A stretch of DNA of 64,000 nucleotides, taken from the NCBI GenBank assembly GCA_010093605.1, contig MU004181.1, forward strand, positions 434,001 through 498,000, read 5' to 3'. The stretch comes from Lophium mytilinum. Taxonomy: Eukaryota. Below, in pieces: positions 12,511 through 24,942 of this stretch. Below the pieces are notes generated by a model. The model saw only the letters and a program-made list of their open reading frames with translations, did not search any database and was not told the DNA's origin. Within the stretch, counting starts at the first letter, position 1. Each line of letters opens with the position of its first letter. The position numbers were made by a program, and so were the translations under genes.

Positions 12511-15206
12511 ATGCACCGTTACAGTACTAGCACTTGCTAATTTAACGGCTACAAAATGGAAGCTCTTCAAAACATTCGCATTATGGCTGTCCCCCAGTGC
12601 TTCACGCAGATGATAAAAGTCACAAAAGGGCACGTGACAAATTAAGCCTTCCAGTGCTAGGGGTTATCTTGCGGGGGACGTGGATGTCACTTTTCGACAT
12701 TTCATTTCTCGTCTTTCGTCTAACTTTCCTAGCCCCATACAATGGGCATTTCATCACGGTATGCCATTGAACGTACGTTCCCCGACTGAGTTCCGTCTCG
12801 ACGGGGCTCCCAGGGCGGCAGAATGTCCTCTTATGTGCGAAGTCTTGGGCCGTTGTCTAGCAACGGAGGGTGGGTGGCCGCCGAGCAAATCCCCTTAACG
12901 CGCCCGATTTGTTGACTAGCGTGCCTTTTGGGAGCAAGAGAAGCGAATGCGTGAAAGTGAGGAGGTTCGGGGGAAGGTCCGTCACTTGGGCAAAGACACC
13001 CCAGAAATGTCCAAGAGTCCAGCAATCGGTTTTTAATTACCTTAGGCAGTCTTACTGGTCCAGAAGGGCACCACCGCTGACGTCGCTGGGCTCACTGATA
13101 TCGATGCGTGCCGAGGTCTCTTTAGGTGACATTGTTGGAGCGGAGATGGGAGCAGAGCTGGGAGGGGTGCTTGCAGACGCTTGTGGCCAAGGCAGGACGG
13201 TTTGACTTCTTCTCACTCTTGGGAAAGTAGCGCCCCTCACGTAGCTGGTGAATGCCTTCGTTCCTGGCCTGGCCTGCTTGTAGATGTTAACAAGGCCCAT
13301 TGTCAAACCTGGGCTGGAGGTACCTACCGTAGGGACCCGGTTCCGCATCCCAAAGTTCTGCTGCAGCTTCGACGGCATGGTGGTCTGCTCCTGCGGCAAC
13401 AGGAATCCGGGCTATTCCGGGCACTGAAGTCTTGAAATTGAGAGGCCATTCGTGCTCCGCAGCATCCGCCGCCTGGCTGTTCTGTGACTCAATGTATTGC
13501 GTGTGCTGAAATGATCCTTTTTGCCGGGCTGCTAGCCTGGCCAAATCTCATCCATTCTGCGGTATTGTCACGGACGTCCACGGTTCCTGCCTCGCGCGAG
13601 TCTCCTCCGGATTCCGCGTGGTTGGTGCTGTTCGTGAAGAAGAGCTTGAAGACAGAGCTGGAGGCGTTTTTCGCCTAGTACGACAGCGAGACCTTGATTT
13701 TGCGGGAGTTCGACGGTCGGTAAAATCTAGTTTGGTACAGTTAGTGAGAAGCTATTGCGACGGAAACTCTTAAGAGTTCACCTGTAAACCCTGCTGTTTC
13801 CAGAGTCATCACTTTACTTCTTCTGCTCACTTGGCTGCACAAGCGGAAGGGTCTGCAACTTGACTCCTAAGGATGTCTACGTACTCGCAGGGCTTCTCAA
13901 GGGCGTGCTTCATTCCACTTCTAGCTCCACTTGTTCGGATTCTTCGACTTGTCAAGGCTCCGGTGACATCTTCAGAAGACATGATGTATGAATGAGCTGT
14001 CGAGGTCTGCGCGGGGTTAGCTCGGGCACGATAGCAGCTCCGCATCTCTGCGGGCTCGATTCTACATACGAGGGAGACGGTTCAGGAGATGGATGGGTTG
14101 GGGGAGATGAGACAAGGTAGGACGCCTCTTCTTGGTTCCCCCAGTACTAGGGGTCCTTTCCTTCCTACTGCCCGCCATGGTGGAGGGCCTCGCCGTTGGA
14201 AGCGTGGTGGGGTGAGGTGGACCTCCGGTCCATCACAGACCGGCTCTCATACCGGCGGAGGTGTAGTGGAGTTAGGTAGTGAAGGGGAGGTGAGAGACGA
14301 CGGTCATTGAGCCTGAAAACGGCGTTTGTCGGAGGAGAGAGGATGCGGACGGAGGTGGTTTCGAAGCAGGCGGCGAGCGGCTATCATCGAGGGTGAGCAG
14401 ATGATGGAGACGGCAAGGAGACTGTGCGGATGACGCACTCCGATGATGCTGAGTGCTGTGTCGGGAGAAGATGATGTTCGGGAAAGCTTTGGAGGCGGGG
14501 ATGTTGGCGCGGTGCCGCTAGCAGCTTGAACCATGGACCGCTCGCTCGACCAACCACGGAAAACACAATCACGGGCGAAACGTTAAAACAACTTCACTTT
14601 TGGAACGAATACCAGTCAGGCAGTGAGGTGCTGTTTCATAGCATTGTGTCAAATTACTAAAAGGACAGTTTCACCGGCGCAGATAAACCCCAAGGTCGTG
14701 ATTGTGGATTTCCAGTCGAATACATTGCATAATAATGAAACCATAAAGCAGGCCATGTGCCGATCTCGAGAGTCAAATTCCGAGGGCAAGGCCAGTGATG
14801 ACAGGTTATTTCCGGGGTAACCTGGAGCTCTATACATGTTAGCACCGATTCAGACGAAGATATCCTAAGATCATCTTCACCTGCCAGCCAGATTTTTGGT
14901 ACATTACTCCCTCCGATTCCCTAACAGCTCCTAAATATCGTGTCCTTCGTCTACATTCCGAAGTCGGCGTAGATGAACTGATGCCGGCGTCCCGTTCCAT
15001 TATTCCGTCAACCGGCATAACTGAACTTCTAGTGGCAAGACATCCGTCAGCACCAACGCGGTAAATGATGGCGAATAGAATGTACGAACAAAAAGACTCG
15101 ATAGCGACACGGTCATCGACATCCCGGGCCCCATCAAGGCGCAATCCAGGACTCGACACGATCGTGCCTTGCTCCCATACGGCCAGTCATCTTGTCTAGG
15201 CGCATC

Positions 15207-15428
15207 ATCAGCTCGAAGCGACTCCAGGCTGGGCTGCCGCCTCTGGCCCACGAACACGGAAGTAACGAACTTTACGCCTTCGCTGGCGAGAAAGTCAACG
15301 CGGCGCTGCACTGCCTTTTTGTCGAGCTTCATGTTCGGAATACCGTACATCAGGAGACCGCCGACGCGATCGGAGCGCTCGTAGACGGTGACGGAGTGAC
15401 TAGCTTTATTCAACTGTTCAGCAGCAGC
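15207..15428 (-). pseudogene. GLT1: Fragment of NADH glutamate synthase (small-subunit-like region)
   Basis: [56 protein letters not shown]...SLESLR; flanks are unrelated. Confidence 0.9.
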
Positions 15429-17711
15429 AAAGCTTGACGAACTGAAACTATCTGAAGCTGGCGAAAGGCGAACTGGTGGTCATGCCTAGCGCTCCTTGGG
15501 TGCATTGCTGCCATTTCCGTCGACGCCCTAGGCAATCAACCCCTGGTGTTACGGTATTAGCTCACCTTGAATGACTCTTCGATTAGTGACGTGAAGTCTT
15601 TGGAATAATCTTACCACATTCCGAGATGGCCAAACACAGGCTGGCCAATCCATGGGGCTGAGACCTGTAGGGGCGGCAGTGACGCCACACGGCCATGGCC
15701 AGAGACCACCGTTTCCTTGATCGATAACCCCCGGAACAGCTGAGAGCACAAGCCGCTCCGAGTATCTTGGCTGGAGAAGGGTGTACCCTTCCGAGGCGCG
15801 CGAAGTGAGGATAAGACAACAGGACGAGACTGCGGAGCTGTCCCGAAGCGATAATGGCCAGGTCGGGCCTTGGTTACATGATGCCATCAACTACCTCACG
15901 GGCACGGTCGGGGACGTTGCCGGAGAGCTTGGGACCGCAGGTATGGCTTTCGAGGAAGTCGGCCTTGTGAAAATGTTTCGAGTCGGTGGTCCTGGGCATG
16001 ACTTCGACGACGTCTCGCTGCAATCCTCGTCTGGCATGTAGGCGTCGTCGATAATCATGATGTCACGGTGTTCTTTTTTGACGGATGAGACGGGCGTGTC
16101 CTGGTCCATGTCGTAGTGTTCATTAACGGACTGGAGAGAATTTTCAGCTCTTTTTGTCGGAAAGTAGTCGTGGAAACTCGGACCACACTGTAGTAAGCCG
16201 GACAATCAGGTGAGCGTCGGAGTATCATGCCTCATTATCTTCGTTCACTTCGGCCTCACCTTGCTACTGTTAAGACAGGTGCCGGCCCCAGCTTCTCCAA
16301 CTCAGCCAAGGTAAGACCGATCGACCATCGCTCGGAAACACTTAGGGTGACGGGCACGGGGGTGGTGCTCATCGCGCTGGTGAAGGCCCAGTTGAAATCG
16401 TTGACCTAGTGATTGTCCAGTCAGAGACTGGTTGCAAGATTGTGAGGCCAGTCACCACGAACATAGCGAACACCGGATATCTCGCCAATAGTCGAGACTG
16501 AAGTGACCTAAGCTGCCATGATTTTTGCGAGGTGTTGCTGCTCCTCGCCGCCGAAGACGTCCCAGAGACTCGTACTTCCGGTCATCATGATACCCAGCGC
16601 AACCACTTTCCCACGGTTGCTGTACCGGTTTATTCCCATACATAATGTCAAGATAGATATCTCAACGGACCGTCGGAGGTAGTCGGGGGACGGGAGGATT
16701 GCTCGCAATGCTGGGGTGGTCATGTTCGAAAGTGAGGGGGTGGATCGCCGGAGACGGGATCAAAGGCGATGTCGAATTCCGGAGACCGTCATGCCGTACT
16801 CGTTGTCTACTGGGTCAGCAGAATTCAGTGACAGAAGCAGGGATCCAATGGAGACGCGAACCACCTGTGTAATCCCACCACACATTTGAGATTGCATCAA
16901 TCACACCCCAGATAAACTCCACAAGCATTCCAGGATATCAAATCTTCACCGCCGCCAGATGAGCCTAAGAGTCTTCTCAGAACCGACAGGATACATGGAA
17001 CGAACTTCGAATCGAGCTTTCATCCATTTCCGGTCGCTGAGGCGGTCTCTCTCTTAGGGTTTGCAACACCAACCCACAAGGCGTACTGTGACCAGCAGCT
17101 GGCTGAACTTCGGCCTCCTTCGTGAGTGTTTGTGCGATCGCTCCACCGCTTTGCTTCAGGATTAAGACACGCCGGTATTCGGAGGATATTGTGCCTCTCT
17201 CGTAGGTGGCCGTACTAATGGATGATTCGGGAGGCTGGCAGTTGGTAGCGTCGGGGGCTGCGTGGAATGGTCCCGAGCCCAAACTCGTCGAAGCCAGCGA
17301 CTTTCATATCCTATGACCATGGGATTGCGAGGAGGAAATCCAAGAGAGGTGTAATAGGGCGGAGAGGTTTCGGTGTGAGGATGAGATTATGGAGAGGGAG
17401 ATTTTGGCGAGGATAGCGGGGACTAGCCAAGTACGTTGCCAAGATCCATGGATAGACAGGGAGGCCGGAGACGTGCTCGCGACCATCCAACTCTCTTCCT
17501 CAATCCCAACACCAGGCGAGCTAAATGATACGGAACCCCAGATTGCCCAGAGCACATCCTTTGGCTCCGATCTCGCCCCTACCCGCCAGTACACCTTCAC
17601 TAACGTCCTGTCTGCCAATCAAACACGCCGGCACCCTTCCTCACCTCGTCGGCCAGCTTCTACACGATTCTATCGCGCTAATACGCTAGCGCTAGCTCTT
17701 GCAATCTAGAG

Positions 17712-17820
17712 TATATAAGGGCTGGTACCCCCCGTCTTTCTTTCCTTCTTCATAGATTAAATGTGAGTTTCCTTCCACCCCCCAGTCTCCTCTCTCAACA
17801 TCTTGCTAACATCCTCACAG
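17712..17820 (+). promoter_or_regulatory. TATA box followed by a canonical intron with no downstream ORF
   Basis: TATATAAGG at 17712, CT-rich leader, GTGAGT at 17763, TGCTAAC at 17804, CAG at 17818-17820. Confidence 0.5.
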
Positions 17821-18079
17821 ACCTGGGGTCCTAGTCCGCTCAGGTGTCAGTTTTGCCACGCAAGAGGAGGAATGCGTCGCGCGCTCTGTACGATAGGGTC
17901 GCCATGGTGGCTTTTCTGACGGGTCTGCCAGCCGCCCTCGGCACTTTTTGGAACCGCCATCGAGCACAAACATTTTTTTCATTGATTGGCTCAGCTTGTC
18001 TGGGTGGTTGAAGAAGAAATGCCTTCTATCCTTGGGCGGTGGTCTATGTGTGGACCCAATTGCGGAAATGATACATTAC

Positions 18080-19090
18080 GAATCAGCTTACCTTTTAGCT
18101 GAAGGTATACCGACTAGCTGGGGTCCTCTGTACAGCAGTGTTGCGACGGCAAAAGTGGGACTTGTGCAGAAGGACAACCGCTCACTTGACCCCAAACAAC
18201 AGAAAACCAGCCTCACAGTTACCGCGCTCTGTATTAGGTTACCATTGGGCGGGCTAAGTACCTACTAGCTGGGGCCTTTCTGACAACGGTGTCAAGCAAG
18301 CAAAGACGGAATCAATGCGGCGGAATACCCATGACAAGAGTCTTGAAGTATAGGAAGCCGACAGCAAGAGTGGCGCGCTTGAAATTAGGTTAACTTTTGG
18401 CCTATGAACTACTTCCTGGCTGGGGTCCTCCGTACGATGGCGTCACGCTTGCAAGCCTGGAACCTGGCAACAAGAAAACCCGTGTGCTGGAACTGGAAGC
18501 TTAGAGAAGTAACGGTACAATGGAGACGGTAGAAGTTGGGCTACCTTTTGATCGATCGAATACATGCAACGCGGGGGCTTACTGACGGTGGCATCGCGAA
18601 ACTAAGACACTAACCAGTGCGGTAGCATTTCCGTGTCCTGGAATTTGAAGCCTGAGAGCCTAGTCTCAAGGAAACGCAGCGAAGATTTGGGTTACCCTTT
18701 CACTGATTGAAAACCTGCCACATGAGCCACTCCCGACGGTGGTGTCGCTCGGGCAAGAGTGGAAGCTCTACGGCAGTATTTCCGCAACCCGAAATCTGAA
18801 GCAAAAAAATCCAACCACAAGGTGATAGAGCGGGAATTGGGTTACTCTTTGACTGATTGAATGCCTTCCATAGGGGCTGCTCCTGGCGGTGGTATCGATC
18901 GAGCAAAACGGGAAGCTCTGCGGAGGCATATCCGTGTCCCGAAGTATGAAGCTTACGAACCTGACCTGAAAACGATGCAGAGGAAATTGGGCTACCTTTT
19001 GACTGATTGAACACCTGTCCCCTGAGCCACTCCCCACGGTGGTGACGAGCGAGCAAGAACCAAGCTAATGCGGGGGCATATCCGTATACC
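18080..19090 (-). repeat. Degenerate tandem array, ~150-bp period, ~7 units
   Basis: TTGGGYTAC..TTT..CTGATTGA-like blocks at ~18082, 18232, 18383, 18535, 18687, 18836 and 18986; GAGCCACTCCC(G/C)ACGGTGG at 18724 and 19024. Confidence 0.85.
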
Positions 19091-19267
19091 CATACCTATG
19101 ACCCAGTACTACGTAGCCTTGATAACAGGCAAAGGACGTGTTCTCTTTCGCACAATGGGTACATCACTGGTCAATGCAAGAAGAGTAAGTCAGAGCACCA
19201 CGAACAGGATTGCAATTGGTAACATTATAGAAAGTTGGGTCCCCCCTTCCCCCTCCTCTCTCTCCCT

Positions 19268-19659
19268 CTAGTCGACATAATAGGGCTCTAATTCTTCCGG
19301 CCGGCGGAGCAGCGCTTCGGCGTCGGCGAGGGCCAGCAGCTGGGCGAAGTCGCGGCGCACCGCGCGAGCTCTGGCGGCGGCGGCGGCCTCTTTGGCGACC
19401 GTGTGGGCGAGAGCGCGGACGACGTGGTGGGCGGCGAGGGCGGCGACGCTGGCCTTGAAGCCGGCTACGAGGAGTGTCAGCAATGTGTACAATGAAAATA
19501 AGAGTAGTAATAATGGAAATGATGGACTTACCGATGGCGGCGTCCCACTTCGCCAAAATGTCGGCGACCTCGGCGTCCTTCTTCTGGGCCGTTGTTGCTA
19601 CAAAAGCCGTCAATACTACGCTACGTGCTCACAGAAAGGGGTTACTTACGAGACAAGAT
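19268..19659 (-). CDS. Small Ala-rich helical orphan protein, 3 exons; no ATG found (ATC at the expected start)
   Basis: Two GTAAGT..(C/T)TGAC..TAG introns join ILSP-TTAQKKDAEVADILAKWDAAI-AGFKASVAALAAHH...EPYYVD* in frame; strong GC3 bias. Confidence 0.6.
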
Positions 19660-20471
19660 AGTGACTTGGTGGCTTTGTTTGAGGTGTTGGAAGTTGTGCA
19701 AATGTCGGAAGTTTTGGATCTTTGGGGAGAATGTGGCGAGTGACTTGGGCTGGGGACTTACAGAGTTGCGTTTCGACTTTTATTGCGTGTATCCGCCAAG
19801 CCACTAACTGCATTCAAATCAAGTCACGTCATTGCATTCAACGCCATTCCCATTGGATGACCTGAGGGCACTCCATCGCCTTTGCAAAAGAGTGCGGTGC
19901 ACGGCGAGGTCTTGCTTGCCATGATGTGCGGTATGGAGTAGGAATATTATGAGTATGTGAAGCTCTCCAGAGTTTAACAATTAGGTGGTCTATTATCATC
20001 AGTCTATCTCATATACAGACTCAAAGCTTAACCTTTTGAACCGTATCTATGAAAACGTCATAGCGAACACCAACGCCGATAAGATTGGTTCAAATACGAC
20101 GTACAATAGCTGCGTTTCGTGCGTGCATGACAATTTTTCAGTAACTTGCACGGTTCGGATCTGCTCTCAATCCCCAATCTCTAATTGTATCCTGCTTCTC
20201 GATAGTGTGTCCAAGCATCACATACGGCGGTCTTCGAGAGTGAATTCAATCATTCAGTAGCTCAGTTCAGGTACCCAGTGATAATCCTTCGCCTAAACGA
20301 AGCAAGGGAGCTCCAAGTCATGGTAGCTGTCACTTCACTCAAGAGCCCGTCCAGTCACATGATCCACCTTCACCCCCAAGGCCGCCCATCATAAAACCCC
20401 CTCTCCACCCTCCTTGAACCAGCAGCCAGCACCATCACCAGCAACACACCAACAACCTCCACAACGTCAAG

Positions 20472-21029
20472 ATGGGCCAAAACAACTCCATAACCACCGC
20501 GTCCGCATCCGCTGCTGCTGCTGCCCTCTCCACCCCCTCTCCCGGCCCCGTCACAGCCGCTCCCTCCCTCCAGGGCCCCGTCACAGCCCTTCCTCCCGGC
20601 CCCGCCACAGCCGCTCCCCCTCCCCCACCCCGCGTCATCGCCCGCCTGCTGCTGCGCCCCACGAAAGGCGCCGGCCGCGGCCTCTCCCTCGCATACGCCT
20701 TCGGCGACGGCTTCACGGCGCTGGACGCAGAGACCAAGAAGACGGTGGACCGCACCAACGCGGAGGGCCGAGCGTGGGCCATGGCGGCCGCGCTGAACGT
20801 GCGGAAGTGGGAGGTTTTGGTACGTATCCCCTTGATCTACTAGACTGTGTAACGTTTACTAACGCTGGGTGTGTAGGAGGCTAAGCAGGAGACGGAACGC
20901 TGGCTGAAGTACGGTGATGAGGCGCAAGTGTACGTGGAGATGTGGGAGGATCAGGAGAGGGCGCGGATGAAGAGGGAGGCGATTGATAGGCATTGGCCGG
21001 CGAATAGAGGAGGTAGTAGCCGGAGGTAG
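20472..21029 (+). CDS. Small orphan protein, 2 exons (20472-20819, 20877-21029); paralog of 8767-9270
   Basis: GTACGT..ACTAAC..TAG phase-0 intron at the same position as in the paralog; Ala/Pro-rich N-terminus; DRTNAE and HWP.NR motifs. Confidence 0.85.
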
Positions 21030-21059
21030 AGGGGAGAGACCAGATTGAATGCGAGAGAC

Positions 21060-22800
21060 CACTGTGCTGCTTGTCGGCTGATACCGTTTGAAGTGCCCTA
21101 CCTTGATGTTGTAATGCAGGTCGAGAGTGATTTGACAGGCCATCAATATACAGGGTTGAAGTCTTCACATCTGAAAGATGAACGTGGAGGACCATGTTGA
21201 ACGAATACCCGCGGAGCTGAGTGCAGGAGATAGGTCTCCTGCATATCACTTGACACTGCTTGAGGTGCCCTGACCTGATGTTGTGACGCAGGATCAAGGT
21301 GATTTGACGGATCATCAATATCCGGGGTTGAAGTCTTCACATCTGCAAGATGAAGGGGTGAAACCGCGATGAGTTAACACCCGCGGAAAGGAGTGCAAAA
21401 AACGACGATGTTGGAGTCGGCTTAACGGTGTTTGAGGTCCCCTGCATTGAAGTTGTGATGGTGGTTCTGTGTGATCTGACGGGTCGGTAATATGCAGAGT
21501 CGATGTTTCACATCTGCAAAGTAAGACTACAGAAACACCGCCTGAACCCGTTTGTGGTGTCACAACTCACGATTTTGAGGACGTGTGATGCAGTTTTGTC
21601 AAGTTCTCAAGCTGGAACGCCTGAAGTCTTGACATTCTTATCCCGATCCCACACCCAAGAGCCCACTCCTAGCTCCCAGAATGATCGCTCCCGCGCTGTC
21701 AAATCCGAGAGAGAACCGTGCCGCGTACTGGTGGGATGCAGTTTCGGCACCAGTTCATCGTCGCGACATCCGCGAGCGAGCGCTGGCCGAAGCCGCGAGA
21801 GATTTGGGGTATGCTACAGTGGAAAAGATCAAGGAAAAGTCCTTCGCCGGAGTGGATACCCATTTAAGGCCGGGAATGGTTTCCAGGGCAATCATCAACG
21901 AATGGCTATGCTTGTCGTCCAGCTTTTGAGGGCCACGCCAGACGTCGGACCTCAGGGAACGGATTTGCCAACGCTGGTGGAATCGAACGCACAACATGAC
22001 CATGTTGAATAGCACTCGACACTGTTTAAGGTGCCCTGGCTTGACGTTGCGAAGCTCGACAAGACTGCTTCGACAAGCCCTCAAATCGGAGGTTGGATGT
22101 TTGGATTTCGGAAGGGAAGCGTATGCGAGCCCACGGAGTAGACACAGCTATAATTGAACGCAAGACATGGCCATGCTGCATGGTATTTGATACTGTCTGT
22201 GATGTCATGCTCGATGACCGAAACTAGATAGGATAGTTCTAGCAGGCTCTCAGATCTACAGAGCTGAAGTTGTGACATCGGCGATGAACGTATGAAATCA
22301 CGTCGATGATGGAGTACCGTCGGGTTTGCATTGAAGCGTTGACTATACTGCCTAGCACTTAACACTATTTGTGTTGCCATGAGCTAAGAATGGTTTTTAG
22401 ACAGGATTGCTTTGGTAGGTGCTCAAACGTACGGGGCTGAGCTCTCGATATCTAAGCTTAACTTACAAAATTGCGGCGTTGATCCAGCACCGTCGTGTTT
22501 GAATGAAAAAGGTGAATTTGTTGCATAGCACTTGACGCCGTCTGTGGTGCTCTGGCTAGAGGATTGAATACGGATAGGATTGTTTTGAAGGGGTCTCAGA
22601 GTAAACGTATGACAAAGGAAGAGCGTCAGTATTGAATACCATAGACTACTATGCTGCGCATTCCTTCGTGCTGTCTGTGGTGGCTTGACGTGAGATTGTG
22701 AAACGAACCAGATCTAAAGTATTGACTCTTGAAACAAGAAATCCTATCACCTGCGGCATATCTACTAATCTCGGCAACATTTGTGGTGGCCTGAGTCGTT
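21060..22800 (+). repeat. Degenerate tandem array, ~172-bp period, ~8 units, interrupted by a ~420-bp insert
   Basis: Core ATACCGTTTGAAGTGCC and variants at 21081, 21253, 21425, then 22019, 22190, 22362, 22535 and 22668. Confidence 0.8.
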
Positions 22801-23123
22801 AATTCAAATTGAAATCAGATGTCAAAGCTTCGACTCTGTATATTGAAGACACAATCGAAAGCATCAACCGGATTGATGTCGGCGGCGTCAGTGGTGGCTC
22901 AACAGGTCTTCACGAAACTAGACAGGATGTCAAGGGTCCGAACCTACTTATGAATGGATTGATGAACACATACAACTCACTCAAGTTGATACCGTTGGGA
23001 AGACCTCACATGGTAATCAGAAACATCATGACTGACTTTCGAAACCGCATTCATTCCTCGATCGCTGTACGTTTGCATGCCACTCTAACGTCACATCATG
23101 GGCCTGCCCTCGCATGAGTGCTT

Positions 23124-23570
23124 CTAGTTCTCAATGAGTTGCTCCAGGGACAGCTTCTTCCGGATTAGGCCCTCGCGTTGCATCTTGAGAATGCACTCCA
23201 TTGCCAAGTATGGGCAGATTGCATCGGCACCATAGCCAACAAGCACGCACATGTGATGAACCTCGCTAGCTTCAGCTGACCGGGGTTTCCACGACTCTTT
23301 CCAGTCTCGGGTCGATGTCTTGGGGTTGCGATACTTCTTCGAGCGTCGCTGGTCCTTCATGAAGCCATTGGTCTTGTCGAGCACCATCGCCGACTTCTTC
23401 TTCTCGGCCTTCGCATCGCTGACGCTTTCCTCATTGTCCAGAAGGTCGCCTGGAAAAATCGGGAGCGGGTACTCCTTTTTCTTCGCTTTCTGTTCTCTCG
23501 CCTTCCCACCAAGAAGAAACCCCTTGTAATTCGTCGTCATGACTTCCGCGAATCGAGGAAGGGCTTCATT
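23124..23570 (-). pseudogene. GLT1: Two non-colinear glutamate synthase fragments fused in frame
   Basis: EALPRF...[36 protein letters not shown] (large/small subunit linker) is followed by [39 protein letters not shown] (central domain, normally far upstream). Confidence 0.9.
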
Positions 23571-24042
23571 CCACAATCCAGCGCTGGACAAGGGCGTAGC
23601 ACTCCTTAGCCGCGCTGTGGACCGCGTCGCCGAACGGAACTATAGTCTCATCGGTGTCATTTGCCTTGGTCCTCAGCACGTCGGGCTGTTTGTCGATGAG
23701 GTACCACAGGCCTATGAAGCTGCTCACAGCGACGTGCGTCAAGTTGAACGGGGATGGATTCTGGTGATTTTCAAGATCTTCCACGCGTTGGTGGGTGCCC
23801 CTCGCGAGGTGCCAGCAGTAGTAGATTCGACCCGCTTTAGATCGCTTCTGGTTCTCGAGCTCAGGATGATGCTCGAGCACGCTGACGAGAGTTTCCGTGG
23901 CTGTCAGCATCTCTTTGACCTTGGCCTTATCTGGCACGTTGACCTCGAGGTCGAAAAACTCGATGATACGGTCAGGATTGAGCAGGATGCGGGCAGCGAG
24001 CCCCGGGTCGAGGTCCTCCCGGAAATGAGCAGAGATAGTCAA
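23566..24042 (-). CDS. Hypothetical protein or unidentified gene fragment
   Basis: 158-codon frame with globular-protein composition and GC3 bias; start uncertain; its stop overlaps the GLT1 fragment. Confidence 0.5.
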   Translation of the reverse strand: MTISAHFREDLDPGLAARILLNPDRIIEFFDLEVNVPDKAKVKEMLTATETLVSVLEHHPELENQKRSKAGRIYYCWHLARGTHQRVEDLENHQNPSPFNLTHVAVSSFIGLWYLIDKQPDVLRTKANDTDETIVPFGDAVHSAAKECYALVQRWIVE

Positions 24043-24254
24043 CGCCCAGTTTACCGGACAGCTCCATCATTCGGCACAAGCCGACGCCTATGCCGGCTAA
24101 TGAGTATTTCCTTCTTCGCCGCAGGTGGATGCGCGGTCTGGCATGCCCTCCATACGCAGAGCCACAAGCGACGAAGAAGGAAACACTCACTAGCCGGCAT
24201 TACCCAGCAGGTCATTCCAATTCGGACACATATTCGAGCTTAGAGCGAGGTTGC

Positions 24255-24453
24255 GTTGCGGAGGAAGGACATGACGGTCATGAGGTTGTACAACTCGTAC
24301 CTATTCAGAAGATCGCCCCAGTTAGCTTCTTCTTCTTGAAATGGGGATGCTGCCTTGTGCGATGACTGCACAGGGGCTGCGGAAGGATACATACATCTGC
24401 TCGATGTCGGGAACCTGGTCTAGACAAAGGCAGATGACAGCGAAGTTTTCGAC
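24255..24453 (-). pseudogene. DIB1: Fragment of U5 snRNP thioredoxin-like protein Dib1/Dim1, with its intron
   Basis: VENFAVICLCLDQVPDIEQM-YELYNLMTVMSFLRN across a GTATGT..GCTAAC..TAG intron (24394-24301); resembles the Dim1 motif VKNFAVIYL.D...VPDF..MYELYDP.TVMFF.RN. Confidence 0.85.
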
Positions 24454-24689
24454 ACCTCCGATATCCTACCAACGCCTAAAACAACGTGCGACTCGTATTT
24501 CTTCCAAAGACAACGTAGATGATCTGATGCCAGTGCCTCGTTCCATTCCAGCCCGCTGCGCCCTACCCCAATTGGCACAAGTCGAAGTTTCGGAGACGAT
24601 GTTCTCATGACATGTTGGATGGGAGGCGTGCCAACGGGCCAACGAACCTAAGCAACTCAGTCAGCCTGTCCATCTTGACATGGTGTTGC

Positions 24690-24841
24690 CTTGTGCAGTG
24701 AATGCACAGCAGCGGGGAAAGAGACATACATCTGCTTGAAGCCGGAGCTCGTCCAGGTCGGAGAGGTCGATGACCGCGAAGTCCGTCGCCGGCACACGTT
24801 TGCTTGACCTCCGGGACCTGATCCAGGTCGCAGAGGCACAT
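24690..24841 (-). pseudogene. DIB1: Two further short Dib1/Dim1 fragments
   Basis: CLCDLDQVPEVKQ (24841-24800) and DFAVIDLSDLDE..GFKQM plus the start of the same intron (24786-24690). Confidence 0.75.
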
Positions 24842-24942
24842 GCTTCGCCGGAGTGTTTGGTAGCGGCACCCAAGATGCATCCCAGAATGTTGTCGTTGTC
24901 GGCGATGGCATCTTCATATCGCTTCAGAATGACCGTACCACA
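24842..24942 (-). pseudogene. Fragment of a non-reducing (melanin-type) PKS ketosynthase domain
   Basis: CGTVILKRYEDAIADNDNILGCILGAATKHSGEA matches the NR-PKS KS motif G.VILKR.EDA.AD.DNILG.ILGAATNHSAEA. Confidence 0.85.

Noticed and set aside
18700..19056. ORFs inside repeat arrays (also 20881-21318, 25717-26226, 29610-30165)
   Set aside because: The peptide repeats simply mirror the DNA repeats, and frames are not maintained across units.
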